Of a stretch of 64,000 nucleotides of DNA, positions 54,575 to 63,699 are shown piece after piece. The stretch spans positions 3,041 to 67,040 of IMG/VR virus record IMGVR_UViG_3300049444_000051; one strand, 5' to 3'. This DNA is from a virus. Lineage: Duplodnaviria; Caudoviricetes. How positions within the stretch are numbered: the stretch's first letter is position 1; each line of letters starts with the position of its first letter. Below the pieces are notes generated by a model. It worked only from the letters and a program-made list of their open reading frames with translations. It had not been told where the DNA came from and did not search any database. A program made the position numbers and the translations under genes.

Positions 54575-56649
54575 TGCACTAGCTCCACGCGCATGATTGG
54601 ACGATTATGTTCATCCCGATGTACTGAATTAACCCGATAATGCCCGTGCCGATGGAATAGTAATTCTTTTTCCTCGGCATGGCCAGTAAAACCACCAAAC
54701 TGATACAGATCTAGCGCCTTTGCACCTTTCTTGGCGCTGATCTCTAGTATAACTTCATCTCGACTTTGCGGGGTACGCCCTAATAAGTGCCCTAATGGCC
54801 CCGAATGCTTCCCGGTAGGCTGGGCAAATGTACGCGACACATGGTCCCGATCTAAAGACGTTGATTGATAATTTTTAATTGGAAGCTCCTTACCCACAAG
54901 AGATTCTGCATTGTCATGCACAACTGGATTTTGCAATCCTCGATACACTACCGTGTCTTTTGCAAGCGTAGATTTATCCAAAGCAGAATCAAGATGATTA
55001 ACAGCTTCTACCCATTTTGAACTCCAACGTCCCTCCCCACGCAACCAAGCATTCATATCATCTGAACCCGTTGCATAACTCAAAAGCGCAGTATACTCAT
55101 TCTGATTAAACATCCCACTTTGTTTGACGTGAGCAGATGGATCGGACGAATTTACCCCACCCCCTGAAGAAGCCCATTTCCCATCTGGACCACGCGGCTG
55201 GTCAGGAGAATAGTCTTTTGTTGGTACCTTCGCTCCGACCTTGATCTTAGTAATAGCCAACTCATGCGCGTGCTGCTGCTCGGTCTGCGCTGCTTGCTGC
55301 TCTTGCTGGGCGACCTCCTGCGGGCTTGGCCCTACAGGTTCGAGCTTACCAGCGTCGTAGTCTTCCAACGTTTGTTGTAGACCTGGATACGTGCCATCCT
55401 CGATAAGCTGGTTCTCGCGAGCCTCGCGTAGCACCTCGGGTGGAATCAGCCCCATATCATGGTCAATCTTGAAAGTGGCAGCTTTCTTCGAGGCCAGATC
55501 CGCCTTCTCAGTCTCGGTCATCTGCCAGAGGCTATTCCACTCGTAGAAAATGCCGGGGTCGCGCGTGCCCAAAGCAGAGCGAATAAGTACCTCATCAAGG
55601 GTGTGCAGCGCAGGAGACAACTCGGTCTTTTGTTCCGAATTAATATGGTCGTAGTAATTCCTGGTGTCGCTCTCACCAGTCGCAGACAACCCGGCAGGTG
55701 ACTGCCCCAGCATGCGCGTAGCGGGAATATCAGCCGCACCGCCAGCCATCAACAAGTAAAGTTTCAAAATATCCGGGAGGCTGCCAAAATTAAGTGTCTT
55801 GGTCTCGAACTCCTCGTCGGCATCGAGCAGTAGCATATTATTGACCGACTTCATCATATTTCCATATGTGAAGCGTGAAGTCATACGATCTGTATATTCT
55901 TGCGATGTAAGGTTCTCACTAAGATTCGGTACCTTGATAATATCAATCTTGGCCTCGTGCGTTAACGACGCAATGGCCGCAGCAACCGCGCTAGCACTGT
56001 TGGTCGCATCGTACACAGATTGCAAGATACTATCGCCCCACATCCGGCTTTCTGCAATCGTAAGATCCGGGACCTCACGTCCTATCAAGCGTACGACGCG
56101 CGAGGGATGGATACGACGCAGAAGCTCGCTGTTCTTTGCATTCACCGAAGTTACACTAAGCCCGTAATATTCCGGATGCCCGTAGAACGGATCCATGACA
56201 TCATCGATGATCTGCCCGGAAGTCGTTATCTCGTAGCGACTAAAAACATGCACGAATTTCAGAGAACCTTGTTTAACCCGATCTAAAACAAGCTCTTGCT
56301 CAGGACTACCAGCCCCATCGACACCAAGAACAATAACAGCGCCGCCATAAAGACGGGCGCGAATGAGCGCTCGTTTGAGCTTCTGCTGTACGGCATGCTG
56401 TTTCTCTGCTTCTTCAAGCAGCTCGATTTGAGGCTGATCGGCCTGCCAATTCCGCCATGCGCGTGTTGAATCCTTCGCTGGGATATCAATAACCTTGGCG
56501 GCAATCCAATCGCTTCGGTAAGCCGCATCCAATTGCATCTTATCGAGCTGTGTATAAACATAACGGTTATGAAACGCCTTATCCTTGGGCGTGCCAAGAT
56601 TCGTAACTAGATTCTTCAGTCCATCAAGCATGCGAAAAGGGGCGTTCAT
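54571..56649 (-). CDS. Portal protein (DUF1073/HI1409 family) with C-terminal VIP2-like ADP-ribosyltransferase domain
   Basis: Portal: LDAAYRSDWIAAKVIDIPAKDSTR, ARLYGG, AADIPATRMLGQSPAGLSATGESD..NYYD. ART: YRG, YQSTS, EEKELL. Confidence 0.9.
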   Translation of the reverse strand: MNAPFRMLDGLKNLVTNLGTPKDKAFHNRYVYTQLDKMQLDAAYRSDWIAAKVIDIPAKDSTRAWRNWQADQPQIELLEEAEKQHAVQQKLKRALIRARLYGGAVIVLGVDGAGSPEQELVLDRVKQGSLKFVHVFSRYEITTSGQIIDDVMDPFYGHPEYYGLSVTSVNAKNSELLRRIHPSRVVRLIGREVPDLTIAESRMWGDSILQSVYDATNSASAVAAAIASLTHEAKIDIIKVPNLSENLTSQEYTDRMTSRFTYGNMMKSVNNMLLLDADEEFETKTLNFGSLPDILKLYLLMAGGAADIPATRMLGQSPAGLSATGESDTRNYYDHINSEQKTELSPALHTLDEVLIRSALGTRDPGIFYEWNSLWQMTETEKADLASKKAATFKIDHDMGLIPPEVLREARENQLIEDGTYPGLQQTLEDYDAGKLEPVGPSPQEVAQQEQQAAQTEQQHAHELAITKIKVGAKVPTKDYSPDQPRGPDGKWASSGGGVNSSDPSAHVKQSGMFNQNEYTALLSYATGSDDMNAWLRGEGRWSSKWVEAVNHLDSALDKSTLAKDTVVYRGLQNPVVHDNAESLVGKELPIKNYQSTSLDRDHVSRTFAQPTGKHSGPLGHLLGRTPQSRDEVILEISAKKGAKALDLYQFGGFTGHAEEKELLFHRHGHYRVNSVHRDEHNRPIMRVELVQ

Positions 56650-56671
56650 CTTAAGTGCTCTCTGTCACACT

Positions 56672-56899
56672 TTACTTTTTTGAAGTAGCGCCTTTTACAG
56701 CCCACATCGCAGCATCCTCATAATGCGTCATCGCCAACGCCCACAATCGTTTGGCTTCCGGATCGTCGGTCTTGCCGGACTCGCTATGGCAGATGTCGAT
56801 CAAGTCGGCAGTGTAACGTTTGATCTTGGTAACCATATTATCTTGCGAGGGATTAAAATCCTCACGGACTCGAAGAGCACCGATGCTTCCTGCTGGCAT
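56672..56899 (-). CDS. Small helical-hairpin protein, Acb2/Tad1-like (putative nucleotide sponge)
   Basis: FNPS...IK...ADLID..RLWALAMTHYEDAAMWAVKGAT. Confidence 0.5.
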   Translation of the reverse strand: MPAGSIGALRVREDFNPSQDNMVTKIKRYTADLIDICHSESGKTDDPEAKRLWALAMTHYEDAAMWAVKGATSKK

Positions 56900-56929
56900 T
56901 TTATAAGTTCCTTTATGGTTAGTTTTATT

Positions 56930-57145
56930 TCACTCCGAAGCAAAAACGGTTTGAAGGACCTCTGTTACAACTTCTTGATCCTCGGGACCAAGATATCTCT
57001 CGATCAAATTAGCTAATATGTGTAGCGCCCGAGATTGCTGTTCCGATTGCAATGCTAGCTTACGTAAAATCTCCCCACTAGGAGAAAGCCTTTGTGCAAC
57101 TGGGATATAATCGACTTGGACTTGTTCCGCATCAAGCATAAACAT
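56930..57145 (-). CDS. Small helical protein, paralog of 61972..62181
   Basis: Shares LRKLALQ.EQQSRALHILANLIERYLG.EDQEVVTEV. Confidence 0.75.
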   Translation of the reverse strand: MFMLDAEQVQVDYIPVAQRLSPSGEILRKLALQSEQQSRALHILANLIERYLGPEDQEVVTEVLQTVFASE

Positions 57146-57153
57146 TTCCTTTT

Positions 57154-57531
57154 CTATGGCTCGTTCCGCACCATTGTGGCGATGATCTTGAACTTCCCTA
57201 CAACCACCGTCGATACGGTCAATCCAATGACGATTTCTGCTTCATGATAATAAGTGCCCGCTTTGATCTCCTCGGTATCGCTCGCATCAAGCACAATGAT
57301 AAGCGATCCGATATCTGTAGGAGTATCCTGATTTATCGCGATCCCACCGCCAAGATCGGTGCTTTTCTCCACATATACGTCATCGTCAACAGCCAGCACG
57401 CTCTTGCCCATCCACCAGCGCGCCGTGGCACCACTCAAATCGACCGCCACTCCATCTTTATCCGTAACTGGAATAGTGATAACTGCACTATCGCCTTGAT
57501 AGTGAATAATATCTTGACCAGTTCCAGGCAT
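57154..57531 (-). CDS. BppU-N-like Ig-fold virion adaptor
   Basis: QGDS..ITIPVTD..G.AVDLSGATA..LDASDT..G.YYHEAEI. Confidence 0.65.
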   Translation of the reverse strand: MPGTGQDIIHYQGDSAVITIPVTDKDGVAVDLSGATARWWMGKSVLAVDDDVYVEKSTDLGGGIAINQDTPTDIGSLIIVLDASDTEEIKAGTYYHEAEIVIGLTVSTVVVGKFKIIATMVRNEP

Positions 57532-57540
57532 TCTTATTTC

Positions 57541-60500
57541 TCACGCAGCAAGAGCCCAATCTGTATCTTCTTCGTCGTTCAACGTCAGCCCGTGAAGGAC
57601 AGTAATGTTGTCCTGTATTCCGACAAGGTGATACTCGATATCGAGAATTCCTGCACAGGTGCGCGCAATATCAAACTGCCCCGATAGCACGACAGGCCCG
57701 TCAATAACCCCCTGAAGAACGTAGCTAATCTGGGCAATTCCAGAAAGTGCATAGACATTATCTATCTGCCCGACAAGAGTGAACCGTTCTCCAACCGCCG
57801 CTGTGGCCGCGACACTAACCGCATCCGCTTGCCCACCTCCAGCAGCATTACCAATCGCCGCTGTAATCGCGATACTGGTTGCAGTTGCCGTTCCGATCCC
57901 AGCGGCGGCTCCAATGCTAGCAGCAGCAATAATTATCGCATTGGCTGCGCCGATCCCGCTGGCAGTCCCTACCGCAACACTAACAGCCGCTCCAACAGCA
58001 AAAGCCTCGCCTACAGTACCGACACCGGCACCGGTAGTCAGCGGATTTCCAAAATCATCGACAAGGATATTACCGAATTCATCGACGAGGATGGATACCG
58101 CCGCTGTCGAGCCAACACCTGTAACGATTAACCCTGTTGCTGCATCCGCTGTCCCAAAGCCAGATGCAAGACCATTAGCTGTTGCCGTTGCCACACTGAC
58201 AGCGGTAGCTATTCCCGTCCCACTCGCTTGTCCGACATAACCAGATATAGCATTGCTAGCTGCATCCGCAGCGCCAACACCGGCTGCCGCGCCAATAACC
58301 GCAGCGGTCGCAGCGCCGACTGCCGAAGCCGTGCTTGTGCCAGCGGCTATACCAATAGCCGCATCGGTCTGAGCGCCTACCGCCGAAGCTGTGCTTGTGC
58401 CACTGGCTGTACCGATAGCCGCATCGGTCTGAACGCTTACTGCCGAAGCCGTAGCAGTGCCACTGGCCGTACCGGCTGCTGCGTCGGTCGCAGCGCTTAC
58501 TGCCGAAGCTGTGCTTGTGCCAGAAGCAAGCCCAATAGCCTGACTCGGGCTAAGCGCGCTCGCGGTACCTGCGCCGGAAGCCGCGCCATTTGCCGCCGCC
58601 GTACTTGCCCCAATAGCGGCGGCTGTACCAACACCAGTGGCCTTGCCTATTCCGATGCCCTGCTCGGAATAAGCCGCTGCATCACTCGTGCCTTTAGCTA
58701 GACCTATTGCAACGGCGGTCTGCACACCAACCGCCGTCGCTGTGCTCGTGCCAGCCGAAGCGCCATCGGCCGCATCGGTCTGAGCACCTATTGCCGAAGC
58801 CGTACTTGTGCCAGCGGCTGTACCAATAGCCGCATCGGTCGCAGCGCCTGTCGCCGAAGCCGTACTTGTGCCAGCGGCTGCGCCAATAACCGCATCGGTC
58901 TGAGCGCCTGTCGCCGAAGCCGTGCTTGTGCCAGCGGCTGTACCAATAGCCACATCGGTCTGAACGCCGACTGCCGAAGCCGTACTTGTGCCAGCGGCTG
59001 CGCCAATAACCACATCGGTCTGTGCGCCGACTGCCGAAGCCGTGCCTATACCGGCAGAAGCGCCATCGGCCTTCGTTGCAATAACTGTTGTGGTACCAAC
59101 AGCGTTTGCATCGCCAGCACCGGAAGCACTGCCAACAGCCGCATCGGTTTGCGCGCCAACAGCACTGGCAGCGCCAAGTCCGGCTGAAGCACCGACACTG
59201 ATAACCAGCCCTAGACTTACAGCAGACGCAGCGCCTAGACCGCTTGCAGCACCAATAGCCGCATCGGTCTGGACGCCAACGGCAATGGCGGTACTCGTGC
59301 CCGCCGCCGATCCAACAGCAGCATCAGTCTGAGCGCCGACAGCCGTAGCCGCGCCGATCCCAGCAGCGGCTCCGACCGCAGGAAATAGTCCAGTACCAAC
59401 GCCAGGGGCAGCACCAAGCCCGCTCACCAATCCAACCGCTGCATCGGTCTGAACACCGGTAGCGGTTGCTGTACTTGTGCCCGCCGAAGCTCCAACCGCA
59501 GCGTCAGTTTGCGCACCAACGGCAACGGCAGTACTTGTACCCGCAGCGCTTGCGACCGCTGTATCGGTCTGAGCGCCTGTCGCAGTAGCAGATCCGATAC
59601 TGGTAGCGCTTGCTTTTGCTGCATCGGTCTGAGCACCAATTGAAAGCGCCGTACCTGTTCCGGCAGAATCACCTTTTGCGGCATCGGTTTGCCTGCCAAC
59701 AGCAGTCGCTGCACCAAGGGAGTTTACCGTCGCTCCGACAGCCGCCGCAGTCTGGACGCCGACCGAAGTCGCTGCACCGATACCCGCCGCCGCAGCCGTT
59801 GCCGCATCGGTCTGCGCGCCTACAGCAATAGCCGTGCTCGTACCAGCAGCAGAACCTACTGCTACCCCCGAAAGGGCCGTCAGCAGAGTTATAGGCTGAA
59901 AAGCGTAGCTGGTATTTTTCGATGCTTTGAAAAGCGATGGACCCCAATCGGTAACAACACTAGGAATAGCATATACTGAAGCGCCGACAGCTATAGCTGT
60001 GCTGGTGCCAGTAGCCGTACCAGGGGCAGCGTCAGTCTGAGCGCCAACGCCAGGAGCCGCACCAGTACCGCCTGCCGTACCGACGCCAAGTCCAGGCGTG
60101 TACGTGATGACGATGAGGCCATCACCACCTGTACCAGCCGTCTGGCTGCCGGAACCTCTGAGGCCGCCCGCGCCGCCACCACCAGCCCCGTAACAATTGG
60201 TTGCATTGGCATTACCACCGACGCTGCTTTCCCCGGCATTATTTCCGGTAACTTGCCCACCACCGCCACCGCCACCCGTTGGGCCGTGTGTCGAGTCCCA
60301 CACATTGACGGTCGTTTGGGCTGCACCATTTCCCCCTGTACCGCCCGCGCCGCTAGCCGTGGCCGTACCGCCGCCGCCGCCCGCACCGGAGCCTGCTGTC
60401 GCACTGCCATTCGCGACACCATGGCCAGTACCAGCGTTGCCATCGCCGCCGATAGCTCCGGTACCGGAGCTTGACGCCGTTCCGGCTGTAGCCGATCCAC

Positions 60501-61053
60501 CATTGCTCCCACCACCACCACTGCCGCCCGTTCCGCTGGCTGCGGGTGCTCCACCAGCCTTGGCCGCACCTCCGGGGCCAGGAGTGCCAGCGCCACCGCC
60601 ACCTCCTCTGTTGGTGGCTGCAACGCTGCCACCAGCTGCACCTACTGTAGTTGTAGTAACTGTATACGTGACCGGGGTCGGTGACCCAATTATTACGGTT
60701 TGATTTCCTCCCGCGCCACCGGTACTGGTTGTGGCATTTGTTCCATCACCGGAAAGATAGCCATAGGCTCCGAAAGTTACATCCGCTTCGTAGATAGTGC
60801 CGGAATTCGAGATATTCGAACCACCAGCATTGATCTGGTAGCGCGTGGTACTGCCGAGTGTACCACTCGAATAAGTAAGTCTTACATATTCGCCAGACCC
60901 GCCACCTCCACCGCCTCGCGGGTTGGCGCCCGTCGTCCCGACAGCACCATTACCACCGCAACCTAGAAGCTCGACAGTGTGCCCAGCCTCAACAAAATCA
61001 CCGGGCTTACTCCAGGGTGCCGCCGAAGCAATAACAAGAATAACCTGTGTCAC
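57541..61053 (-). CDS. 1170-aa Gly/Ala/Thr/Ser-rich fibre-like protein with long 20-aa repeat array
   Basis: N-terminal glycine-rich domain; many GAQTDAA[VI]G.A.GTSTA.A[VI] units. Confidence 0.75.
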   Translation of the reverse strand: MTQVILVIASAAPWSKPGDFVEAGHTVELLGCGGNGAVGTTGANPRGGGGGGSGEYVRLTYSSGTLGSTTRYQINAGGSNISNSGTIYEADVTFGAYGYLSGDGTNATTSTGGAGGNQTVIIGSPTPVTYTVTTTTVGAAGGSVAATNRGGGGGAGTPGPGGAAKAGGAPAASGTGGSGGGGSNGGSATAGTASSSGTGAIGGDGNAGTGHGVANGSATAGSGAGGGGGTATASGAGGTGGNGAAQTTVNVWDSTHGPTGGGGGGGQVTGNNAGESSVGGNANATNCYGAGGGGAGGLRGSGSQTAGTGGDGLIVITYTPGLGVGTAGGTGAAPGVGAQTDAAPGTATGTSTAIAVGASVYAIPSVVTDWGPSLFKASKNTSYAFQPITLLTALSGVAVGSAAGTSTAIAVGAQTDAATAAAAGIGAATSVGVQTAAAVGATVNSLGAATAVGRQTDAAKGDSAGTGTALSIGAQTDAAKASATSIGSATATGAQTDTAVASAAGTSTAVAVGAQTDAAVGASAGTSTATATGVQTDAAVGLVSGLGAAPGVGTGLFPAVGAAAGIGAATAVGAQTDAAVGSAAGTSTAIAVGVQTDAAIGAASGLGAASAVSLGLVISVGASAGLGAASAVGAQTDAAVGSASGAGDANAVGTTTVIATKADGASAGIGTASAVGAQTDVVIGAAAGTSTASAVGVQTDVAIGTAAGTSTASATGAQTDAVIGAAAGTSTASATGAATDAAIGTAAGTSTASAIGAQTDAADGASAGTSTATAVGVQTAVAIGLAKGTSDAAAYSEQGIGIGKATGVGTAAAIGASTAAANGAASGAGTASALSPSQAIGLASGTSTASAVSAATDAAAGTASGTATASAVSVQTDAAIGTASGTSTASAVGAQTDAAIGIAAGTSTASAVGAATAAVIGAAAGVGAADAASNAISGYVGQASGTGIATAVSVATATANGLASGFGTADAATGLIVTGVGSTAAVSILVDEFGNILVDDFGNPLTTGAGVGTVGEAFAVGAAVSVAVGTASGIGAANAIIIAAASIGAAAGIGTATATSIAITAAIGNAAGGGQADAVSVAATAAVGERFTLVGQIDNVYALSGIAQISYVLQGVIDGPVVLSGQFDIARTCAGILDIEYHLVGIQDNITVLHGLTLNDEEDTDWALAA
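58250..60100 (-). repeat. Degenerate 60-bp tandem coding repeat (roughly 30 units; boundaries approximate)
   Basis: Near-identical units at about 58740-59040 (gccgtacttgtgccagcggctg..gcatcggtc). Confidence 0.85.
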
Positions 61054-61307
61054 AACGTAATTCCCTTATTACGACGTGACTGCCCATAACGAATAGCATA
61101 TTGGATAATTAAAGATGTACTCTTGATTTTGGAGGGATGCGCCGTAATCGGTTCACGCACCATCAAGCACTTACCATTCGGTTTAATCACGCGAATTGCA
61201 CGGTCATACCCATAACGCAGATTAGACTTAAGCGAGGATATATTATTAGTGATAATAATTCGTTCACCACCATCGATCTCAGCTATGTAATAGACTGAGC
61301 TAAACAT
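61050..61307 (-). CDS. Hypothetical protein
   Basis: ORF track; stop overlaps the fibre gene start. Confidence 0.5.
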   Translation of the reverse strand: MFSSVYYIAEIDGGERIIITNNISSLKSNLRYGYDRAIRVIKPNGKCLMVREPITAHPSKIKSTSLIIQYAIRYGQSRRNKGITL

Positions 61308-61310
61308 GAT

Positions 61311-61970
61311 TCACTTGAATCCGAGCAGGATCATGACGCCTAAGCGGTTGGCGTTGAGGGTTGGTGAATAAACCACATCACCTGCCGCGTTATCATGTTT
61401 TGCCGTGCAATGAACTGTCGCGTTGAAACCAGTAGCCGACTGCGTGATATCAGTTGCCCAGCCTCCGGAAGATTGAGTAAACACGTCGTTGTTAGGGCCA
61501 GCCACCACCAACCCGGCATGAACACTATCGCCTACATTCACATGCATAGTACCATTCGGATTAAGCGGCGTAGCGGACCACTCGCTGGACCACTTCACAA
61601 GGGAATTTGTGAAACTGCCTTGCGCACCCGTGTAATAATACAACACGCCACCGAGATCGACGCGCTCCGAGCACTGGAACGTCACGGTATCGGCGGTCGT
61701 CAGCGCAATAGCGCTCTTACAGATAAAAAGACTCACCAGCATCGGTGACCCGGTCGGTCCCGACAAGTCAACCAAGCCTTCGTAAACATTGGACTTCGAG
61801 TCGATAAGACTGCACACCGCCGTATCTGGGTTTGTAATCGTCCCACCAAACTCATAAACCAAAAGCGCACCAGCCGGAACAGCCACAACCGGGTTAAAAC
61901 TAAAAGGCGTATTGGCGGCTTGGTTGCGTTGAAACGCACTACCAACGAGTACCGGATTTGAAATTGCCAT
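61311..61970 (-). CDS. Beta-rich putative virion protein
   Basis: GGAGAAG RBS; Ser/Thr/Gly-rich beta-strand composition. Confidence 0.65.
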   Translation of the reverse strand: MAISNPVLVGSAFQRNQAANTPFSFNPVVAVPAGALLVYEFGGTITNPDTAVCSLIDSKSNVYEGLVDLSGPTGSPMLVSLFICKSAIALTTADTVTFQCSERVDLGGVLYYYTGAQGSFTNSLVKWSSEWSATPLNPNGTMHVNVGDSVHAGLVVAGPNNDVFTQSSGGWATDITQSATGFNATVHCTAKHDNAAGDVVYSPTLNANRLGVMILLGFK

Positions 61971-61971
61971 T

Positions 61972-62181
61972 TTACTTCTCCAACAGGCAGCCAATAACCT
62001 CTGTTACGACTTCTTGGTCTTCCTTACCAAGATATCTTTCTATCAAATTAGCTAGTATATGTAACGCACGAGATTGCTGTTCTGCTTGCAATGCCAGTTT
62101 ACGTAAATATTCCCCACTGGAAGATAGTCTTTGCTCAACTGAAGCATAATCAGTCTCAACTCGGTCTACTACATCGAACAT
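61972..62181 (-). CDS. Small helical protein, paralog of 56930..57145
   Basis: Shared core sequence at protein and DNA level. Confidence 0.75.
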   Translation of the reverse strand: MFDVVDRVETDYASVEQRLSSSGEYLRKLALQAEQQSRALHILANLIERYLGKEDQEVVTEVIGCLLEK

Positions 62182-62199
62182 GGCTGTCTCTTTTCACTA

Positions 62200-62838
62200 T
62201 TACGCACCGAAGTTCAAAGCGCCCACAGGTGCCGCAGGCGAATAAGCCGTCCCACCAAGATTCACGGTAACCGTACGCCCGGTATCATACACCCCGATCA
62301 TCGGATAAAGCTGAGCAGGGGGAGTTCCAAGGCTGTTAACGATACCACCAAGCCCACTACTAGCGTTTGTAGGATCGACGGATGCGTTATTATTCCAATT
62401 ACCGGAATTAACTCGAACGAATAGAAATCCAGAATTGATTGCAAGGCTTATTGTATCTCCAGCCGAGAATGACGCATAGGTAGCTACCACACTAAAACCA
62501 AATACTACCTGACCTAAACTATTGTATCCCGCAGAGTTGCCATCATTACCAGGAGCATTGTTAAAGTCCCCCGACACATTGCATAGCCCCACGCTGGTGT
62601 AGCCGGGAGCGTCCATTGAATCGATATGCACCTGATACATTCTAATGATCCCAATATTATCATTCGCGCTACTAACCGTCGCTATGGACGCCCCCCAAGT
62701 GGTCGCGGTCCCCTGAGTAGCAGTCAAATTACCGTTTGATAACGCAGTTCCAGAATATGTTTTCGCGGAATCTAAGGATACCGCTGAAATAACCCCTGCA
62801 ACCCTCGGCCCCATCGACGCAAATGTAATTGGAGACAT
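62200..62838 (-). CDS. SPRY/B30.2 (ConA-like) domain virion protein
   Basis: LSNGNLTA..VGL..SAGY..GDTISLA..LYP pattern. Confidence 0.7.
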   Translation of the reverse strand: MSPITFASMGPRVAGVISAVSLDSAKTYSGTALSNGNLTATQGTATTWGASIATVSSANDNIGIIRMYQVHIDSMDAPGYTSVGLCNVSGDFNNAPGNDGNSAGYNSLGQVVFGFSVVATYASFSAGDTISLAINSGFLFVRVNSGNWNNNASVDPTNASSGLGGIVNSLGTPPAQLYPMIGVYDTGRTVTVNLGGTAYSPAAPVGALNFGA

Positions 62839-62840
62839 TA

Positions 62841-63347
62841 TTAAAGTGGCTCGTACGTGATGGCCGCCGAGATCGTACCCGTCCCAGTGCCGGTAAACCC
62901 CGACAACACCGCCTCGCCAAGCGGCTGGGTGTTTCCAAGAATAGAAAACTCCCCAGGATCGCAGGTGTACCTCAAAATTCCCCCATATAGATTTAAGCCT
63001 AATGGAATTTTAGCATCGGTCACGGCTGCCGAGCGCTGCGGTCCAGCAGAAGCCGCAGTAAACGTCACGGGCGGCGCAGCTAGAGCTGCCGTGGAAGGAT
63101 GCGCCGGACCATCTGAGGCAGGCGCTGCCAACGCTGTCGCAGTAGTCTCAACCGTGGTTACACGCGCAAAACTCAATATACCGGCAGCCGACGTGCTGCC
63201 AAATGCCGATATCATGAACCCCACGATATTGATAAGCTGTGTGCTGGACCCACCCTTAATCGCCATGTAAGTCGCATTAGCTAGTGCAGATGTATCGGCT
63301 GTCGCAGTCGGCGACCAGTTTTGATTGGTAAATATGCGACGGGCCAT
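62841..63347 (-). CDS. Ala/Thr-rich putative virion protein
   Basis: ORF track; AGAAGGA RBS. Confidence 0.65.
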   Translation of the reverse strand: MARRIFTNQNWSPTATADTSALANATYMAIKGGSSTQLINIVGFMISAFGSTSAAGILSFARVTTVETTATALAAPASDGPAHPSTAALAAPPVTFTAASAGPQRSAAVTDAKIPLGLNLYGGILRYTCDPGEFSILGNTQPLGEAVLSGFTGTGTGTISAAITYEPL

Positions 63348-63360
63348 TTATGCGATCCTT

Positions 63361-63693
63361 CTAAGAACTAGCTACAGGCTTCCCATCCATCACGTTATCT
63401 ATGATTTTCTGGAACGGCGTATGCACATAATCTGACTGGCGTGAAAGCCATTCGCAAACGTCACATATGTAAACTCCACCGCACTTCTGGCAACTGGCTC
63501 GCTCGCGCGTACGCATTGGGTTTTTGAAAAACGGCTGCTGACAATGCTTACAATGAAGTACCGCCATTTCCAGCATTTTTCCGCCGGGGACCTCTGGCAT
63601 ATCGAATCCCCGCGCCTGGAAGTATCCCTCAGGAATACCGGGCGAAGCCCGATGATCTATCATCAAGTACCCTTCTCGCTTTGGAAACGACAT
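63361..63693 (-). CDS. Zn-finger protein
   Basis: CKHC..CQKC..CDVC. Confidence 0.65.
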   Translation of the reverse strand: MSFPKREGYLMIDHRASPGIPEGYFQARGFDMPEVPGGKMLEMAVLHCKHCQQPFFKNPMRTRERASCQKCGGVYICDVCEWLSRQSDYVHTPFQKIIDNVMDGKPVASS

Positions 63694-63699
63694 GTGTCC

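Noticed and set aside
58250-60100. CRISPR array
   Set aside because: Contiguous in-frame 60-bp coding repeats with no unique spacers
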